From the NCBI GenBank assembly GCA_020184695.1, contig JAANOX010000079.1, positions 62,001 through 126,000 on the forward strand: a stretch of 64,000 nt of DNA, written 5' to 3'. Below, one piece after another: positions 30,902-42,529 of the stretch (positions within the stretch are counted from its first letter, which is position 1; each line of letters opens with the position of its first letter). Source of the stretch: Histomonas meleagridis 2922-C6/04-290x (lineage: Eukaryota > Protista > Parabasalia). The notes beneath the pieces were generated by a model. It was not told the origin of the DNA. It did no database searches and saw nothing but the letters and a program-made list of their open reading frames with translations. The position numbers and the translations under genes are program-made.

Positions 30902-31777
30902 TTATTTTTGTTGGCTTTTCAAGAACAAAATTGGGTCTGTGAACTGGTGAAGAACTCCTCCTCTCGTCAGGAGCGAGAACTTACCTTCTTCGTCCATAAC
31001 AGGCGCTGTTATCCATGGACTTTCGGCTAGGTACTTACACCTCTTGAACTGGCCAATATCATTCTGGGTGTCAACAAGTGTCATTCCTTCATCGCATCCA
31101 ACACAAACAATTTCATTCGTGTCTGTAGAGTAAAGTGATATTGTTCCGTTTTTGGTGGATGGCTTAGTGGTGATAAGAGGCGTTTTAAGCTTCCGCTGGT
31201 CAAAAATTCGTATTTTCCTGTCCTCACATGAAACAATGGCTTTGCCATTGAGGGAAAGAATTGACTTTGGAGCTGATACTAATGATCCTGATCGTGACGA
31301 AATGGCCATCTCACGTGAATCTATAACGGTTAATGAATGATCATCTGACGTAAGAAGAATGTCACTTGTAGAACTAGAAATACCTGTTATAATTCCTGGA
31401 AGTTGTATCGTATTAATCGTTTGAAAGGTGTTCAAATCAATGATACGAACTGAATGTGAGAGATCATGAGCAGCTGCTAGAAAGTTTTCAGTTGGCTCAA
31501 CTGCTGAAAAAATTCCATACTTTGGATTAATTGTATTATATTGTGGGGTTTCTGAAATAAGCGACACCTCGCCTGAATTAGTTATACAATAAATCTTGTC
31601 ATTTTTCTTGGTGATATCAAATATCTCTCCATTTGCTTTAAAAATTACACCATTTTGCATAGAAATTACAGTATCACCTTCTGTATAAAGTATGTCACCC
31701 TCAATAAAAATTAACCTTTTCCTATAACAGCCAATCCTAAGAGGTGTTTGGGATAGCTTGAGAGTGGAGACAACCAT
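30902..31777 (-). CDS. WD40-like beta-propeller protein
   Basis: Beta-strand repeats such as SCEDRKIRIFDQR, AHDLSHSVRIIDL and GCDEGMTLVD. Confidence 0.6.
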   Translation of the reverse strand: MVVSTLKLSQTPLRIGCYRKRLIFIEGDILYTEGDTVISMQNGVIFKANGEIFDITKKNDKIYCITNSGEVSLISETPQYNTINPKYGIFSAVEPTENFLAAAHDLSHSVRIIDLNTFQTINTIQLPGIITGISSSTSDILLTSDDHSLTVIDSREMAISSRSGSLVSAPKSILSLNGKAIVSCEDRKIRIFDQRKLKTPLITTKPSTKNGTISLYSTDTNEIVCVGCDEGMTLVDTQNDIGQFKRCKYLAESPWITAPVMDEEGKFSLLTRGGVLHQFTDPILFLKSQQK

Positions 31778-31817
31778 TAACACTTTTTTGTAAGCAACGA
31801 TAGAAGCATTTCAGACA

Positions 31818-32645
31818 ATGAGGGGGGGGTCTGCTCTGAAAAACAGAGAACTGTCACTTTTTGTAAACAGGAAGACGTTTATTTCTAGGTGTATGGAATA
31901 CCAAGATTCAAAAGCAGCTGTTGATGCAATGGCTGCTCTCCAAGAACGTATTCGCGATCTAGAACATGAAAACGCTAAACTTAAGAAAGAATGCCAACAT
32001 CTCTCAGAAATTTCATCAGCTAATGATTCGACAATTAAAGATCAAGAATCTTTCCTCGTTGATGCAGCAAACAAAGCTAAAGAAATGTTAGATAATGCAT
32101 CTCAAAATTTAGTTGAGTTAAGAAAAGTGAAACATGAAAATCGAAAACTACAAATAACACTTGAAGAATTAAAAAAACAACGAACCCAAAAAATTGGGAA
32201 AGAAGATCAATTCAACAATGTCACTCAGAGGATGCTTCACAGGAAGCGCCAAGCAGAGAAACTAATTTCTGAATACGAAGAATTATTTTGTGAGATTTTA
32301 TCCCCACCAGATTTCCAACTTGACAACAAAGGAAATGTTCCATTTAACAATACCACCTTTACATCAATTACACATTCTCTTCCAGCTACATTACAAACTG
32401 TGCTTCAGACATTGCAAACACTCCCATTTCCATTTCGTACTCAGAAGCTCGAAAAGAAGAAAGAAATCATTGGAATATTGCTAAACGCTCGCGATATTGC
32501 ATATAAAATTTCAGATGAAATCCATCAACTTGAACTAAAAAAAATGGAAGGAGGAGCGGTACGTAGAGTTCAATCTGAAATTGATGTCAAATCTGTTCAT
32601 CTTCATTTATTAGTGCAAGCAATGTCAAAATTTAGATTTGAATAA
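31818..32645 (+). CDS. Coiled-coil protein (N-terminus reminiscent of CEP57/translokin)
   Basis: Heptad-rich 275-aa ORF containing AVDAMAALQERIRDLEHEN. Confidence 0.5.
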   Translation: MRGGSALKNRELSLFVNRKTFISRCMEYQDSKAAVDAMAALQERIRDLEHENAKLKKECQHLSEISSANDSTIKDQESFLVDAANKAKEMLDNASQNLVELRKVKHENRKLQITLEELKKQRTQKIGKEDQFNNVTQRMLHRKRQAEKLISEYEELFCEILSPPDFQLDNKGNVPFNNTTFTSITHSLPATLQTVLQTLQTLPFPFRTQKLEKKKEIIGILLNARDIAYKISDEIHQLELKKMEGGAVRRVQSEIDVKSVHLHLLVQAMSKFRFE

Positions 32646-32817
32646 ATCATATATTTATTTGTGGTTAAATCAAATTACTGTTTATTGTTAAGATATGATC
32701 TAAAAATTTTAAAAGGATTTTTGCATGTTTCTAGCGAATGTATTTGAATGTAAAATGACCGTTCTAATTTTGAAAAGTTTCTATTTGGCCAAATAAAGAA
32801 AAGTGACAATTTCGGCA

Positions 32818-33330
32818 ATGCATTCCATGTACAAACGACTTTACTCAATTTTTTATATGGGAACAATTACAATTTGTATTGTTGCTGTTATAGGAGCAGT
32901 TCTTGCAGTTTTTTATTCAATAGAAACCCCAGTATCATTTGAAGTCGCAAATATTACTGCATTCGGAAGAACAAGGCGTGGATTTGAAGAAGCCGCACTT
33001 ACGTTCAATGTTGATGCTGATTTAACTCCTTTAATGCATGTGAATACAAATTTGTTTTATTCATACATAGTTGCAGAATGGGGTGAATCCAAAACAGATC
33101 AACATAGCGTTATTCTTTGGAATGAGCTAATCAAAAAATCAGATCCACATTTTGTTGCAAACAACATTCCTGGAAATTTCACACTTCGACAAGTCGGACC
33201 ATCAATGAAAGGAAAAAGTGTTCAGTTACATTTTAAGATCCAACAAGTTCCCTATGTTGGATTCCTCAGGACAAATGTTTTAGCAACGAAAGAACTTACG
33301 TTACCAGACAAATACATTTACTCAAATTAG
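32818..33330 (+). CDS. SPCS3: Signal peptidase complex subunit SPC22/23
   Basis: Start MHS, an N-terminal TM, FNVDADLTPL, VILWNELI and QVPYVGFL match the SPC22/23 pattern. Confidence 0.8.
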   Translation: MHSMYKRLYSIFYMGTITICIVAVIGAVLAVFYSIETPVSFEVANITAFGRTRRGFEEAALTFNVDADLTPLMHVNTNLFYSYIVAEWGESKTDQHSVILWNELIKKSDPHFVANNIPGNFTLRQVGPSMKGKSVQLHFKIQQVPYVGFLRTNVLATKELTLPDKYIYSN

Positions 33331-33550
33331 TTTTTTGAATTTTCTTTTTTCAATAAAGATTCTTATCCTCAAACCGATGTGTTTCCACTTTTTTCTTCTA
33401 ACCTTAAACATATAAAAAAAATTTCATCAAATGCAATTTTTTGTACTGATTCATAATTTTGATTTTTAACTGAAATAAAATGTTTTGTTTCACCAAAAAC
33501 GTTTTGTTTTTACTTTTTAATATTATAATAAAAAACAAAAAATTTTATTT

Positions 33551-35215
33551 TTATTGATCAGCTGCATTAGAAAAATTAGAGAAATTGTTTTTCTTATTTC
33601 TCTTATTTCTAATAACTAAAACGACAATGACAACAATTACAATGACTGCAACAGGCACACAAACGGCAATTATAATTGTAATTTTATCATTTTTTTCTTT
33701 TTCTTTATTAGGGTTACATTCATCAGTTAATTCACCTTTTAATACACTCAAGCTTCCGAATTTATTACTTGTATATGTACTTAAAGTCATTACAGTTTGT
33801 GTTGAGATAGATCTGAATGCACTATTTGCAACTTTTGGTTCATTTACACCATAATAATAAATACATTTCAACTGATTACAATTAATAAAAGCAGTTTCAT
33901 TAATCAATTCCACACCTTCACCGATATATAAAACTGACAAGTTTGAACATGATTGAAAGGCACCCCTTTCTATCGTTTTAACGGAATTCGGAATTGTGAG
34001 GTTTACCAAAAACTTGTACCGATAAAACGAACTTTCGCCGATAACGTTCAACGTGTTTGGCAACGTTAAATTGGTGATGTTATTTGCTAAAGGAAACTGA
34101 ATTAAAGTCGTAATGTTTTTATCATAAAGAACACCATCGTTTTGATGATTGGAATACTTTGCGTTTGCTTTAGATATGTTAATTATTTGAAGATTATAAC
34201 AACAATAAAACGCAGATTTATAAATGAGCAAAACTGATTCAGGAATATAAACAATTTTAAGGTTTTCGCAATCATTAAAGCAATAACTATTAATAGTCGT
34301 AATAGTGTTAGGGACAGTAAATATTTCATTTGAACTTCCAGCTGGATAATGTATAATTACCGAAAGACTTTTATTGTATAATATTCCGTCATCTTCATAA
34401 TTGGAATATTTCGGATTCAATTTCGAAATGTTAATAACTTGAAGCGATTTACATTCATAAAACGCATTTTCTACAATCGATGTAACAGTACTTGGAATTG
34501 TTATCTTTAGCAATGAAGAGTATGAAAATGCTAATTCTTGAATCGATTCAACGTTTTCTTGAATTGTAATAGTACGGAAATGTGATAATTCAAATGAACT
34601 TGCTTCAATAATTTTGACATTACTTGGTATTATTAAGTCTTGTTGGGTCTTACAATCAAAAAATGCTGTTTCCCCAATAGTTGTTACTGTGTCTGGAATC
34701 TGGTATTTGTCATGTTTATTAATTGGAAAACATATAATTGTGGTAATATCTTTGTTATAAAGAACTCCATCGTTATTATGGTTAGAAAAGTTTGCGTTTT
34801 CTGTGGATACTATTATGGACTCGAGTTTGTTGCAAAAGAAAAATGATCTGGGTCTAATTGTTGTAACGGATTTTGGGATATTAATAGAAGAAAAAGAGCA
34901 TCCCATAAATGCGCTTCCATTGATCGTAGTTAAACTTTCTCCTAAAGTAATTTTTTCCAAATTATTACAATATTCAAACGCATTTGATCCAATTAAAATA
35001 ACAGAATTGCCAATTTCAGCAGAGATTAGATGGGTCCATAGTTTAAAAGCTCGTTCTGGAATTTCAGTTATTCCTTCCTTAATAAAAACATGTTGGACTT
35101 CATACCATAAATCAATTTTGAATTCACTTGGATTAGTGATATTAAGCGTCTTTGTCGTATTGTCGTATATTTGGAACGAGTGTGGTAAAAGAACAATAAA
35201 GAAACAAGAAATCAT
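33551..35215 (-). CDS. BspA-like LRR surface protein
   Basis: Signal peptide, TpLRR repeats with GVLYNKD inserts, CIYYYG cap, TM segment and short tail. Confidence 0.92.
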   Translation of the reverse strand: MISCFFIVLLPHSFQIYDNTTKTLNITNPSEFKIDLWYEVQHVFIKEGITEIPERAFKLWTHLISAEIGNSVILIGSNAFEYCNNLEKITLGESLTTINGSAFMGCSFSSINIPKSVTTIRPRSFFFCNKLESIIVSTENANFSNHNNDGVLYNKDITTIICFPINKHDKYQIPDTVTTIGETAFFDCKTQQDLIIPSNVKIIEASSFELSHFRTITIQENVESIQELAFSYSSLLKITIPSTVTSIVENAFYECKSLQVINISKLNPKYSNYEDDGILYNKSLSVIIHYPAGSSNEIFTVPNTITTINSYCFNDCENLKIVYIPESVLLIYKSAFYCCYNLQIINISKANAKYSNHQNDGVLYDKNITTLIQFPLANNITNLTLPNTLNVIGESSFYRYKFLVNLTIPNSVKTIERGAFQSCSNLSVLYIGEGVELINETAFINCNQLKCIYYYGVNEPKVANSAFRSISTQTVMTLSTYTSNKFGSLSVLKGELTDECNPNKEKEKNDKITIIIAVCVPVAVIVIVVIVVLVIRNKRNKKNNFSNFSNAADQ

Positions 35216-35906
35216 TGCAATATTTTCAATAGGGCGATAAAATGTATTTATTCAAAATTCAATAACAAATTCAACTTCGCCGCTGGCGGCTGTACAGCCA
35301 TTAAAACGAGTTGAATAGTTTACTTACCGAAAGTGAAGTGTTATAAAGTTCATATCATACCATGAATCTGATATGGAATTGCCGTAATACATAATTCTGC
35401 CAATCGTTTAAGGATACCAAAGACTTCATCATTTAGTTCCAACGTTTCTAAACACGATCCGAAAATTATTTTGTAATAATTGACAAGTATCTCGGGAAGC
35501 ATAACAGTACTTAAAATTGTTTTTGAGAATTTAAAGATGAAGCAAAATGAAGACAATTATATATATGTCATGAAAATTTACGCAAATTATATTTTTTTGA
35601 TAAATTTGTATAATTCTATAATTATAATATTATGATGTTTTCATATAACTTAATGTATTCAATGATTATTTAAAATATAAAATATTATTAAATACATATT
35701 CATACAGTTTACTCCTGAAATGATCAAAACACGCTGATTTCCAGAACAAGCACACCCAAAGTATTTCTTATGAGTTAAGCTCACAATCGAGAATCAATGT
35801 TATAAAATATTTGACATTAACATGAAATGACGTCACATTTCATTATCTTTAATTATGTTTATGCGAAAATATAATAAAAAATAAAGAGTATTAAGAGGTT
35901 AAATTT

Positions 35907-38900
35907 TTATGGTTTGCTGTCTTTTGAAGACGATGAAGAAGAAGATTTCTTCTTTTTAATGACAATAATTATCACCACTACAACAATGACAACGAAAGCG
36001 ACGCAACATATAACAATTGCAGCTATTTCTCCATCGCTTAATCCATTACCACCGACTTCTTCCTCTCCGATCATAATCACATCCTTTAATTCATCGTCGA
36101 CAATTATATTACTTCCATCACTGTTTGTTGGTATAATTCTAATGGTAAGGCCAGCAGGTAAATTAAGATCTCCTTTTTCACCTTTAACCACTGTCAATTT
36201 AAAACCTTGTGGACGATTTGTCAGGAAGACAATTTTCATATTATTATTAAAATATATTCTCTTAGCCAAACCTTCCCTATCGAAAAATATTATTACGTTA
36301 TTATAAACTTCAATTGCTTGTAATGGATTCTTTGCGTCAATCATTAATATGTTTGTCGTGTTTAATGATTGGTCATAAGATTCATAATCTGTAATAAGTT
36401 CCTTAATGAAGAACTTATAATCATTTGGCTTGAAATCGACATTTGTAAAGTTTATATAATCGAATTCAATTAACTGAGATACTGAAGGATCTGTTTCGGA
36501 TGGATTTTCTTCAATTTGAATTGTTAAATCCTTTGCAGTTAATCGCATTCCTTTTTGATGTAATTTATATTTTGTAGTATATATTAATTCGATTGTATAT
36601 TTTGGCCCATTTTTATTCAACAATTCGAATGTAACATTTGTGAATGATAAAAATATTGCAGGGAATGTTGTGTTGTGATCAAGATATGTAACTCTATCAT
36701 TAACATAATGTACTAATCCAAACATTGCTGAAACGTCATCATAAATATTTTGATTTTCACACGTTGTTGCGTTTGAACATTTTCTATCTGTACAGAAACA
36801 AATCGGTTGATTATCATGTGGCTTATTAATTACATAAGCAATAAAATTCGTTGTTAATGGGAAGTTATTTATAATCATAAAGTAATTGTTTTGTTTTGCA
36901 TTTAATGTTAAAAATTCTTTTGTCATATCAAATGTATATAATGTCATTGGCTGTGCTCCAAAACTCTCATAATTAAATATTGGTACATATAAGTTATTAC
37001 TTGCAAGTGCTGGGATATAACTTTCGGCAGAATCCATTTCCCATAACATTGATTGATTATTTTGTGCATTTGTTGATATCATTGCTACGATTAAGTTATC
37101 AAATTCTTCTATTGGAGGAACTTTAAAGTATTGAATAGTGTTTGGCTGTAAATGAAATTCTGGATTATTATTTTCGGAATAATATAATAAAGTATCAAAT
37201 TGTTGTTGGCATAATTGTCCTGTATAATTTTCTGGGCATTTAAGTCTTCCATTTTCACATTTCGTATTATTAGTTGTTGATGGAACACAATCATTTGTGT
37301 TTTTCATTTCAATATATTTTGGATTAGTTTCAGTATTTGATTGTTCAAATGGTCCAACTGAAGAAACAACATAATGAACACCATTATCTTCTTCAATATT
37401 CAGATTCGAAATCACATGAATTTCATATTTTCCATTGACAACTTCTGACTCCGGAATTATAACTTTTTCATTCATTGATAAATGTTCTGTATCTAGTGAA
37501 CGATTATTACCAACGTATACTTTCTTTTCAGGAGATACAACTATTAAATCTAAATCATAATAAATCGGTATAAATGAATCAACGCTAAGTGGTATATCCA
37601 TTGATGTTAATACAATTTTAAGTGGCGATTTATTCGATGTAACAGTAATATAACCAATATGATGTGTTTGACCTTTTTGCATTATACTCATCTTTGAAAA
37701 TCGTAATCCGAAATTAGAATTTTCGAATGGAAGAATTGTAGAAATATCAATTTGTCCATGTCCTACATAACAATCAGGTGTTGAACTTCCATCTTTTTTA
37801 GAAGTAGACAAAAGTAATAACGCTCTTAATAGTAATGAATGAATTTCAACTTTTTCGAGATAATGTCCATCAGTTAAATATTGCGCTATTAATGCTGATG
37901 CACCTGCAACGTTTGGTGTAGCCATAGATGTACCTGATTTTAAAGCTAAAGAATCCAACATTTTAGAATCGTCTGTACCATGACCTTTCTCAACTGTTGT
38001 TTTAGAATTAGCACTAATTACATATGAACCTGGTGCCATTAAATCCGGTTTAATTAATCCATGTGGTGAAGGACCTACTGAAGAAAATGAAGCCTTTTCT
38101 GGATATAATATTCCAACTCGATTTCCAATGTTCATATCAATTTTACAAGTATTACCAACAAAACTAGAAATACCTCCATTTTGATTTGTGATTAATGGTG
38201 GAAAAGGTAAAGTTTGGAATAATGATTCTAAACCTTCAATAGATGATTGAGGCATGTCAAATATTATTGCAGCAATTGAATATTTTTCTATTTGTCCAGC
38301 AATTGCTAAAATAATTTCATTATAATTACTTTGAAGACTTTGAATTAATTTGGCATCAATATAAATGATTTTAATGGTACCCATTGGTGAACTTGTATCA
38401 TCTATTTTAGATAGATAAATTGTCTCTGGAATTTCAAGAACATAAGATGGTGATACTGGTTGTGATGTTGGATAAATTTCAACTTTCTTAGAATTATAAC
38501 TAATATAAATCTTGAAATTCTCAAAGCGATATACAGAATCAGCTGCTGCAACACAAAGAATATTCTTTCCATATGATGGACCACGTAGTGAATAATATGG
38601 AACCGATTGTGCTTCATTACCTGCTGCAAATATAAATAAACAACTTTCACCTGATGGATAATTACTTACAAATTCATCGTAAGCTGATGTTCTTATTAAG
38701 CCTAACTCATAACCTATTGAGCCCCATGAATTAGAATATGCTATTGCTTTTCCGTCAAGTAATCTTTGATTAAGATTATCTGAATTAGTTAAATGTTCAT
38801 TGTTTGTATTAGAGAAACGTCCTAAATACATAAGTTTTGCCTCGGGCGCTATACCATTAAATGAACTGATTTTACTCTTTGGATCTTGCGCTTTTCCTGC

Positions 38901-39731
38901 AATAGTCCCTGCAACATGTGTACCATGTGAAGCAGGTTCCATTTGTTGATAATAATTCGATTCTGATCCAAACTCATTATAGAAATATACAAACTTCCGA
39001 TGATTAGTGATGATTTGATTAAAGGTAAGTGCTGTGTTAGGATCATTAAACATTGCATTGTTATAATCAATATCAGTATCAATAAATGCAACAACTTGAT
39101 CTTTACCATTGATACCTTTAGCTTCTAAATATCGATTCATAGAAGGATTCCCATTTGAATCTGTGGTGGTGATATTAGTGTTTTGTTGTGAATGACCTGA
39201 TATCATGTTGTTGGCTGCTGTAGGATCAGTATATTTACTAACATATTCAACTTCATTAATATGGATTAAGTATTCTTTTGCCTCTTCTGGTTTATCAGTT
39301 TCAACAATCAAAGACTTCTTAGTTTTAGAAATAACTTTAAAAAGTTTTGAATCACTAATGAAATCATTATCTGAAAATACACCATGAACATATAAATATT
39401 TAGCTGATTTGATTTGCGCTTCATCAATGATTTTGTCTTTAGGATCGACCGGACTTATCATGGCATGAATACTTTCAAGATAATGGATTTGAGATGGAGT
39501 TAGATAAAGTTTATAGACATTCTTGTTAATAAGTGAAGTGGTACTAATTTCAACACCATTTTCCTTCAATTGTTCGAAATTTAGGGTTTCAGGGAAATAA
39601 ACATAAGTCCATGAATTCTGATCAATTGATTGAATTTTTTTATGTTGATCTGATTTAAAGACTACATTCTTCCCCATCATGGTTGTTAACTTATAACATT
39701 CAGTGCTGATCAAAAGGTAAGGAAGAAACAT
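35907..39731 (-). CDS. Membrane-anchored subtilisin-like serine protease (S8)
   Basis: Catalytic motifs FIDTDID, SHGTHVAGT, AAGN and GTSMATP, plus an EGF-like segment (CENGRLKCPENYTGQLC) and a C-terminal TM. Confidence 0.93.
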   Translation of the reverse strand: MFLPYLLISTECYKLTTMMGKNVVFKSDQHKKIQSIDQNSWTYVYFPETLNFEQLKENGVEISTTSLINKNVYKLYLTPSQIHYLESIHAMISPVDPKDKIIDEAQIKSAKYLYVHGVFSDNDFISDSKLFKVISKTKKSLIVETDKPEEAKEYLIHINEVEYVSKYTDPTAANNMISGHSQQNTNITTTDSNGNPSMNRYLEAKGINGKDQVVAFIDTDIDYNNAMFNDPNTALTFNQIITNHRKFVYFYNEFGSESNYYQQMEPASHGTHVAGTIAGKAQDPKSKISSFNGIAPEAKLMYLGRFSNTNNEHLTNSDNLNQRLLDGKAIAYSNSWGSIGYELGLIRTSAYDEFVSNYPSGESCLFIFAAGNEAQSVPYYSLRGPSYGKNILCVAAADSVYRFENFKIYISYNSKKVEIYPTSQPVSPSYVLEIPETIYLSKIDDTSSPMGTIKIIYIDAKLIQSLQSNYNEIILAIAGQIEKYSIAAIIFDMPQSSIEGLESLFQTLPFPPLITNQNGGISSFVGNTCKIDMNIGNRVGILYPEKASFSSVGPSPHGLIKPDLMAPGSYVISANSKTTVEKGHGTDDSKMLDSLALKSGTSMATPNVAGASALIAQYLTDGHYLEKVEIHSLLLRALLLLSTSKKDGSSTPDCYVGHGQIDISTILPFENSNFGLRFSKMSIMQKGQTHHIGYITVTSNKSPLKIVLTSMDIPLSVDSFIPIYYDLDLIVVSPEKKVYVGNNRSLDTEHLSMNEKVIIPESEVVNGKYEIHVISNLNIEEDNGVHYVVSSVGPFEQSNTETNPKYIEMKNTNDCVPSTTNNTKCENGRLKCPENYTGQLCQQQFDTLLYYSENNNPEFHLQPNTIQYFKVPPIEEFDNLIVAMISTNAQNNQSMLWEMDSAESYIPALASNNLYVPIFNYESFGAQPMTLYTFDMTKEFLTLNAKQNNYFMIINNFPLTTNFIAYVINKPHDNQPICFCTDRKCSNATTCENQNIYDDVSAMFGLVHYVNDRVTYLDHNTTFPAIFLSFTNVTFELLNKNGPKYTIELIYTTKYKLHQKGMRLTAKDLTIQIEENPSETDPSVSQLIEFDYINFTNVDFKPNDYKFFIKELITDYESYDQSLNTTNILMIDAKNPLQAIEVYNNVIIFFDREGLAKRIYFNNNMKIVFLTNRPQGFKLTVVKGEKGDLNLPAGLTIRIIPTNSDGSNIIVDDELKDVIMIGEEEVGGNGLSDGEIAAIVICCVAFVVIVVVVIIIVIKKKKSSSSSSSKDSKP

Positions 39732-40900
39732 TAAATGAAATGATTTTTCTTTGTTTGGTTAATTTGAACTGGCTCGTCAGTTGGTTTGATTGAACATTTC
39801 AAATTTGAAAACATTAACGATTGTTCCAATTGAAAAAGTTTACACGTTCCGATTGTGAACCTTTTTGACAATATTTGAATGGGGTTAAATTGTCATATCA
39901 ACTGATATACTGGCTTTTTGAAAGCCTCATAAAAAATAAGTGATTGAAAATTGGTTCAGCGTTGACAACAGTGGTGAAAAAAAATTTGCCATTTGGCATT
40001 TATATAAATATGATACATCATAATAATATCATCCTCTATAACTCTCTGTTTCAAAAAATAAGTTTAATGACATGCTTGAAATTCTTTAAAGAAAATTTAA
40101 TATGTAAATCTGATAAGATAGTAACAAAGATGAAGCAGAAAGTTCCGACTTCAAACCAAATACATGTAATATTGATTCAGATAAAGAATATTCTGGTAGT
40201 AAGCACATTAATTATAGAAATATATTTTATCGTTATATTTGTTAATTTAAACCATTGTCACGTGTAACCACATAGAACTTGAGGGCACACAAAAAGAAAG
40301 TATTTCATAAAATACTTCGATTCAATTCGATTAATATGAAAAACAAATCCCAATCAAAATTAGAATCACTTGCATCAAACCTCTGAATAATACAGCTTTC
40401 CGCAATACTGAGTCTATTTCACAGCCAAAATATCCAATTTCGAAATGAAGTTCAAACCTGAGATTTAATATTTTGTATAGGTGAAATTTCCTCATCATGA
40501 AGAAAATCCTGGTGATATTAGTTAATAAGTATTAACTTTGGTTTTAAAGTCTCGTGAAAATTTAACATTTGATTTGTAAATATAATGTTGGAGATGTAAT
40601 TTATGTTGTTTGATCAACATAGTCTCATGTGTAATTAAATATATTTCAAATTATTTCGGATTTTAATATTTTTTATGCAAAGTTGGATCATTTTTCAGCT
40701 CACTGAAATCCAAAATCCACAGATCCAATTCAAGAGAACGGTTGGGTACTTTTCAATAAACTTTGAGATCCTTCTCAAATCGTTGTTTTTTGCTCGCAAA
40801 TTTTAACCAACACATCTGAAATTGAAAAAGAACAAATTTTTAAAACGACACAAATGTTTCACCGGATAACCGTCAATTTTTTGGGTTTAATGACTTCATT

Positions 40901-42163
40901 ATGTATCTTCTATTGGTTACATTAGCTTCTTGTGTAAATATAAAACAAATCTATTATGATCTAGGGCATGACGAAGCAATCCCTAATCCAAGTATGCTTT
41001 ATCAACAATTATTGAATTATTTCACAGACCCATATATTAAAGAATTATTACTTGACGGAGTCGAAGCTTACAAAGACTATTCAATAGTTGACTCGAAAGT
41101 TCAAGATCAAACAATTCAAATTGGTCATGATGTTGTAGGAACAGATGTTGTTGAAGCTTCAGTTGGTCCCACGAATACCACAATTTACATACAAGGAATT
41201 AGTGGTAAAGCAGTTTCACTTTCATGTCACTCCAACGGTAATTTATATTTTGATTCTTCAGATCCCCAAACTCCATTAAGTGATTCCTTAATTATCATCA
41301 AAGAAACAAATATTGGATTCAAAAGTCATTTGAAGCTTGATAGTCTTGTATTACAATCACAACTTTTTGGTTATTCTTCTAAAATGCTTGATGGAAGTTT
41401 TGAAGCCAACAATTTAATTTCAAGTCAAATTACTGATTTTACGTCAGAACAAATGCAAGCAACAAATAAAATATATTATTCATATCTTGAATTAAATTCA
41501 ATCACATTCCATGAAAATAATGTCTCGCTTTCAGATGGTAATGAATTAACAGGAAATATTTCAGTGATGATTTCTCCATATGTCACAAAATCCAGAACAA
41601 TATATATGATTCTTCCTGAAAATGTTACTCATCCACGTTCTCTTTCGATATATTTTGATGATCCTAATTTCCTTCTTTCAAATCGAATGTTTGGAAGACT
41701 TTTCGAACTGGAATTTTATTTTGAGAATTATTATAAACGAAATGAAACAATTGGATTCCAATTCGTTGGAAATTGGCAAAACGTTAGTGATTGCGAATTA
41801 AAGATAATTTCGTCCGATATAAATATGGAATTTATTGATACAAGTAATGTACCACAGAACATAAAAATAACACGAGAAAATAGCGCAATGTTTAAGTACC
41901 AGCAATCATCTGAATCTGGCGGCGGCCAAGGTGGTGATGGCGGCCAAGGCGGTGATGGAGGCCAAGGAGGCGATGGCGGTGATGGAGGCCAAGGAGGCGA
42001 TGGCGAAGGAGAAGATGCAGGAGGCGAGACAGGCAATGGATTGGAAACGTGGGCGATAGCTGTTATCGCTGTGGTCTGCGCTGTGGTTGTGATTGGTGTA
42101 ATAGTTGCTGTAGTGATTGTTTTGAGGAAGAAAAAGACATTTTCTTCGACATCTTCAGCATAA
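40901..42163 (+). CDS. Type I membrane surface protein with Gly-rich juxtamembrane linker
   Basis: Signal peptide, GGQGGD repeats, TM segment (WAIAVIAVVCAVVVIGVIVAVVIVL) and an RKKK stop-transfer stretch. Confidence 0.8.
   Translation: MYLLLVTLASCVNIKQIYYDLGHDEAIPNPSMLYQQLLNYFTDPYIKELLLDGVEAYKDYSIVDSKVQDQTIQIGHDVVGTDVVEASVGPTNTTIYIQGISGKAVSLSCHSNGNLYFDSSDPQTPLSDSLIIIKETNIGFKSHLKLDSLVLQSQLFGYSSKMLDGSFEANNLISSQITDFTSEQMQATNKIYYSYLELNSITFHENNVSLSDGNELTGNISVMISPYVTKSRTIYMILPENVTHPRSLSIYFDDPNFLLSNRMFGRLFELEFYFENYYKRNETIGFQFVGNWQNVSDCELKIISSDINMEFIDTSNVPQNIKITRENSAMFKYQQSSESGGGQGGDGGQGGDGGQGGDGGDGGQGGDGEGEDAGGETGNGLETWAIAVIAVVCAVVVIGVIVAVVIVLRKKKTFSSTSSA
41918..42004 (+). repeat. GC-rich GGQGGD coding repeat
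   Basis: Repeated GGCCAAGGNGGYGATGG units. Confidence 0.85.
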
Positions 42164-42529
42164 GATGCACTATTAAATAATGCAAAGTTTAGTATTATAT
42201 TTGTAAAGAAAATAAATGTAGATAAATAATGAATTAATGTTTGTATTTCTGCATTGATGATAACATACGCGAAATCACTGCATATTTTTGATGAACGTTA
42301 TAAAATTCTATTGAATTATGAAATCAAAATTGAATTTTTTTTTTTAATTGTGAAATTATTATATACACAAGAACTATTCTAATAAAATTTGTACATATTT
42401 AATCCAAAAATATATAAAGTTCTCACGACTTTATATATAAGAATGAAAAAAATATCTATAGTTTATATATTTACAGATGTTCAAAAATATTTTGAACTTT
42501 TTAGATCTGCTTTATATTGAAAAATCGAT

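Noticed and set aside
41731-42036. Antisense and overlapping short ORFs in the track (this Pro-rich one and similar)
   Set aside because: They are shadows of repeats or of codon bias in real genes on the other strand or frame.
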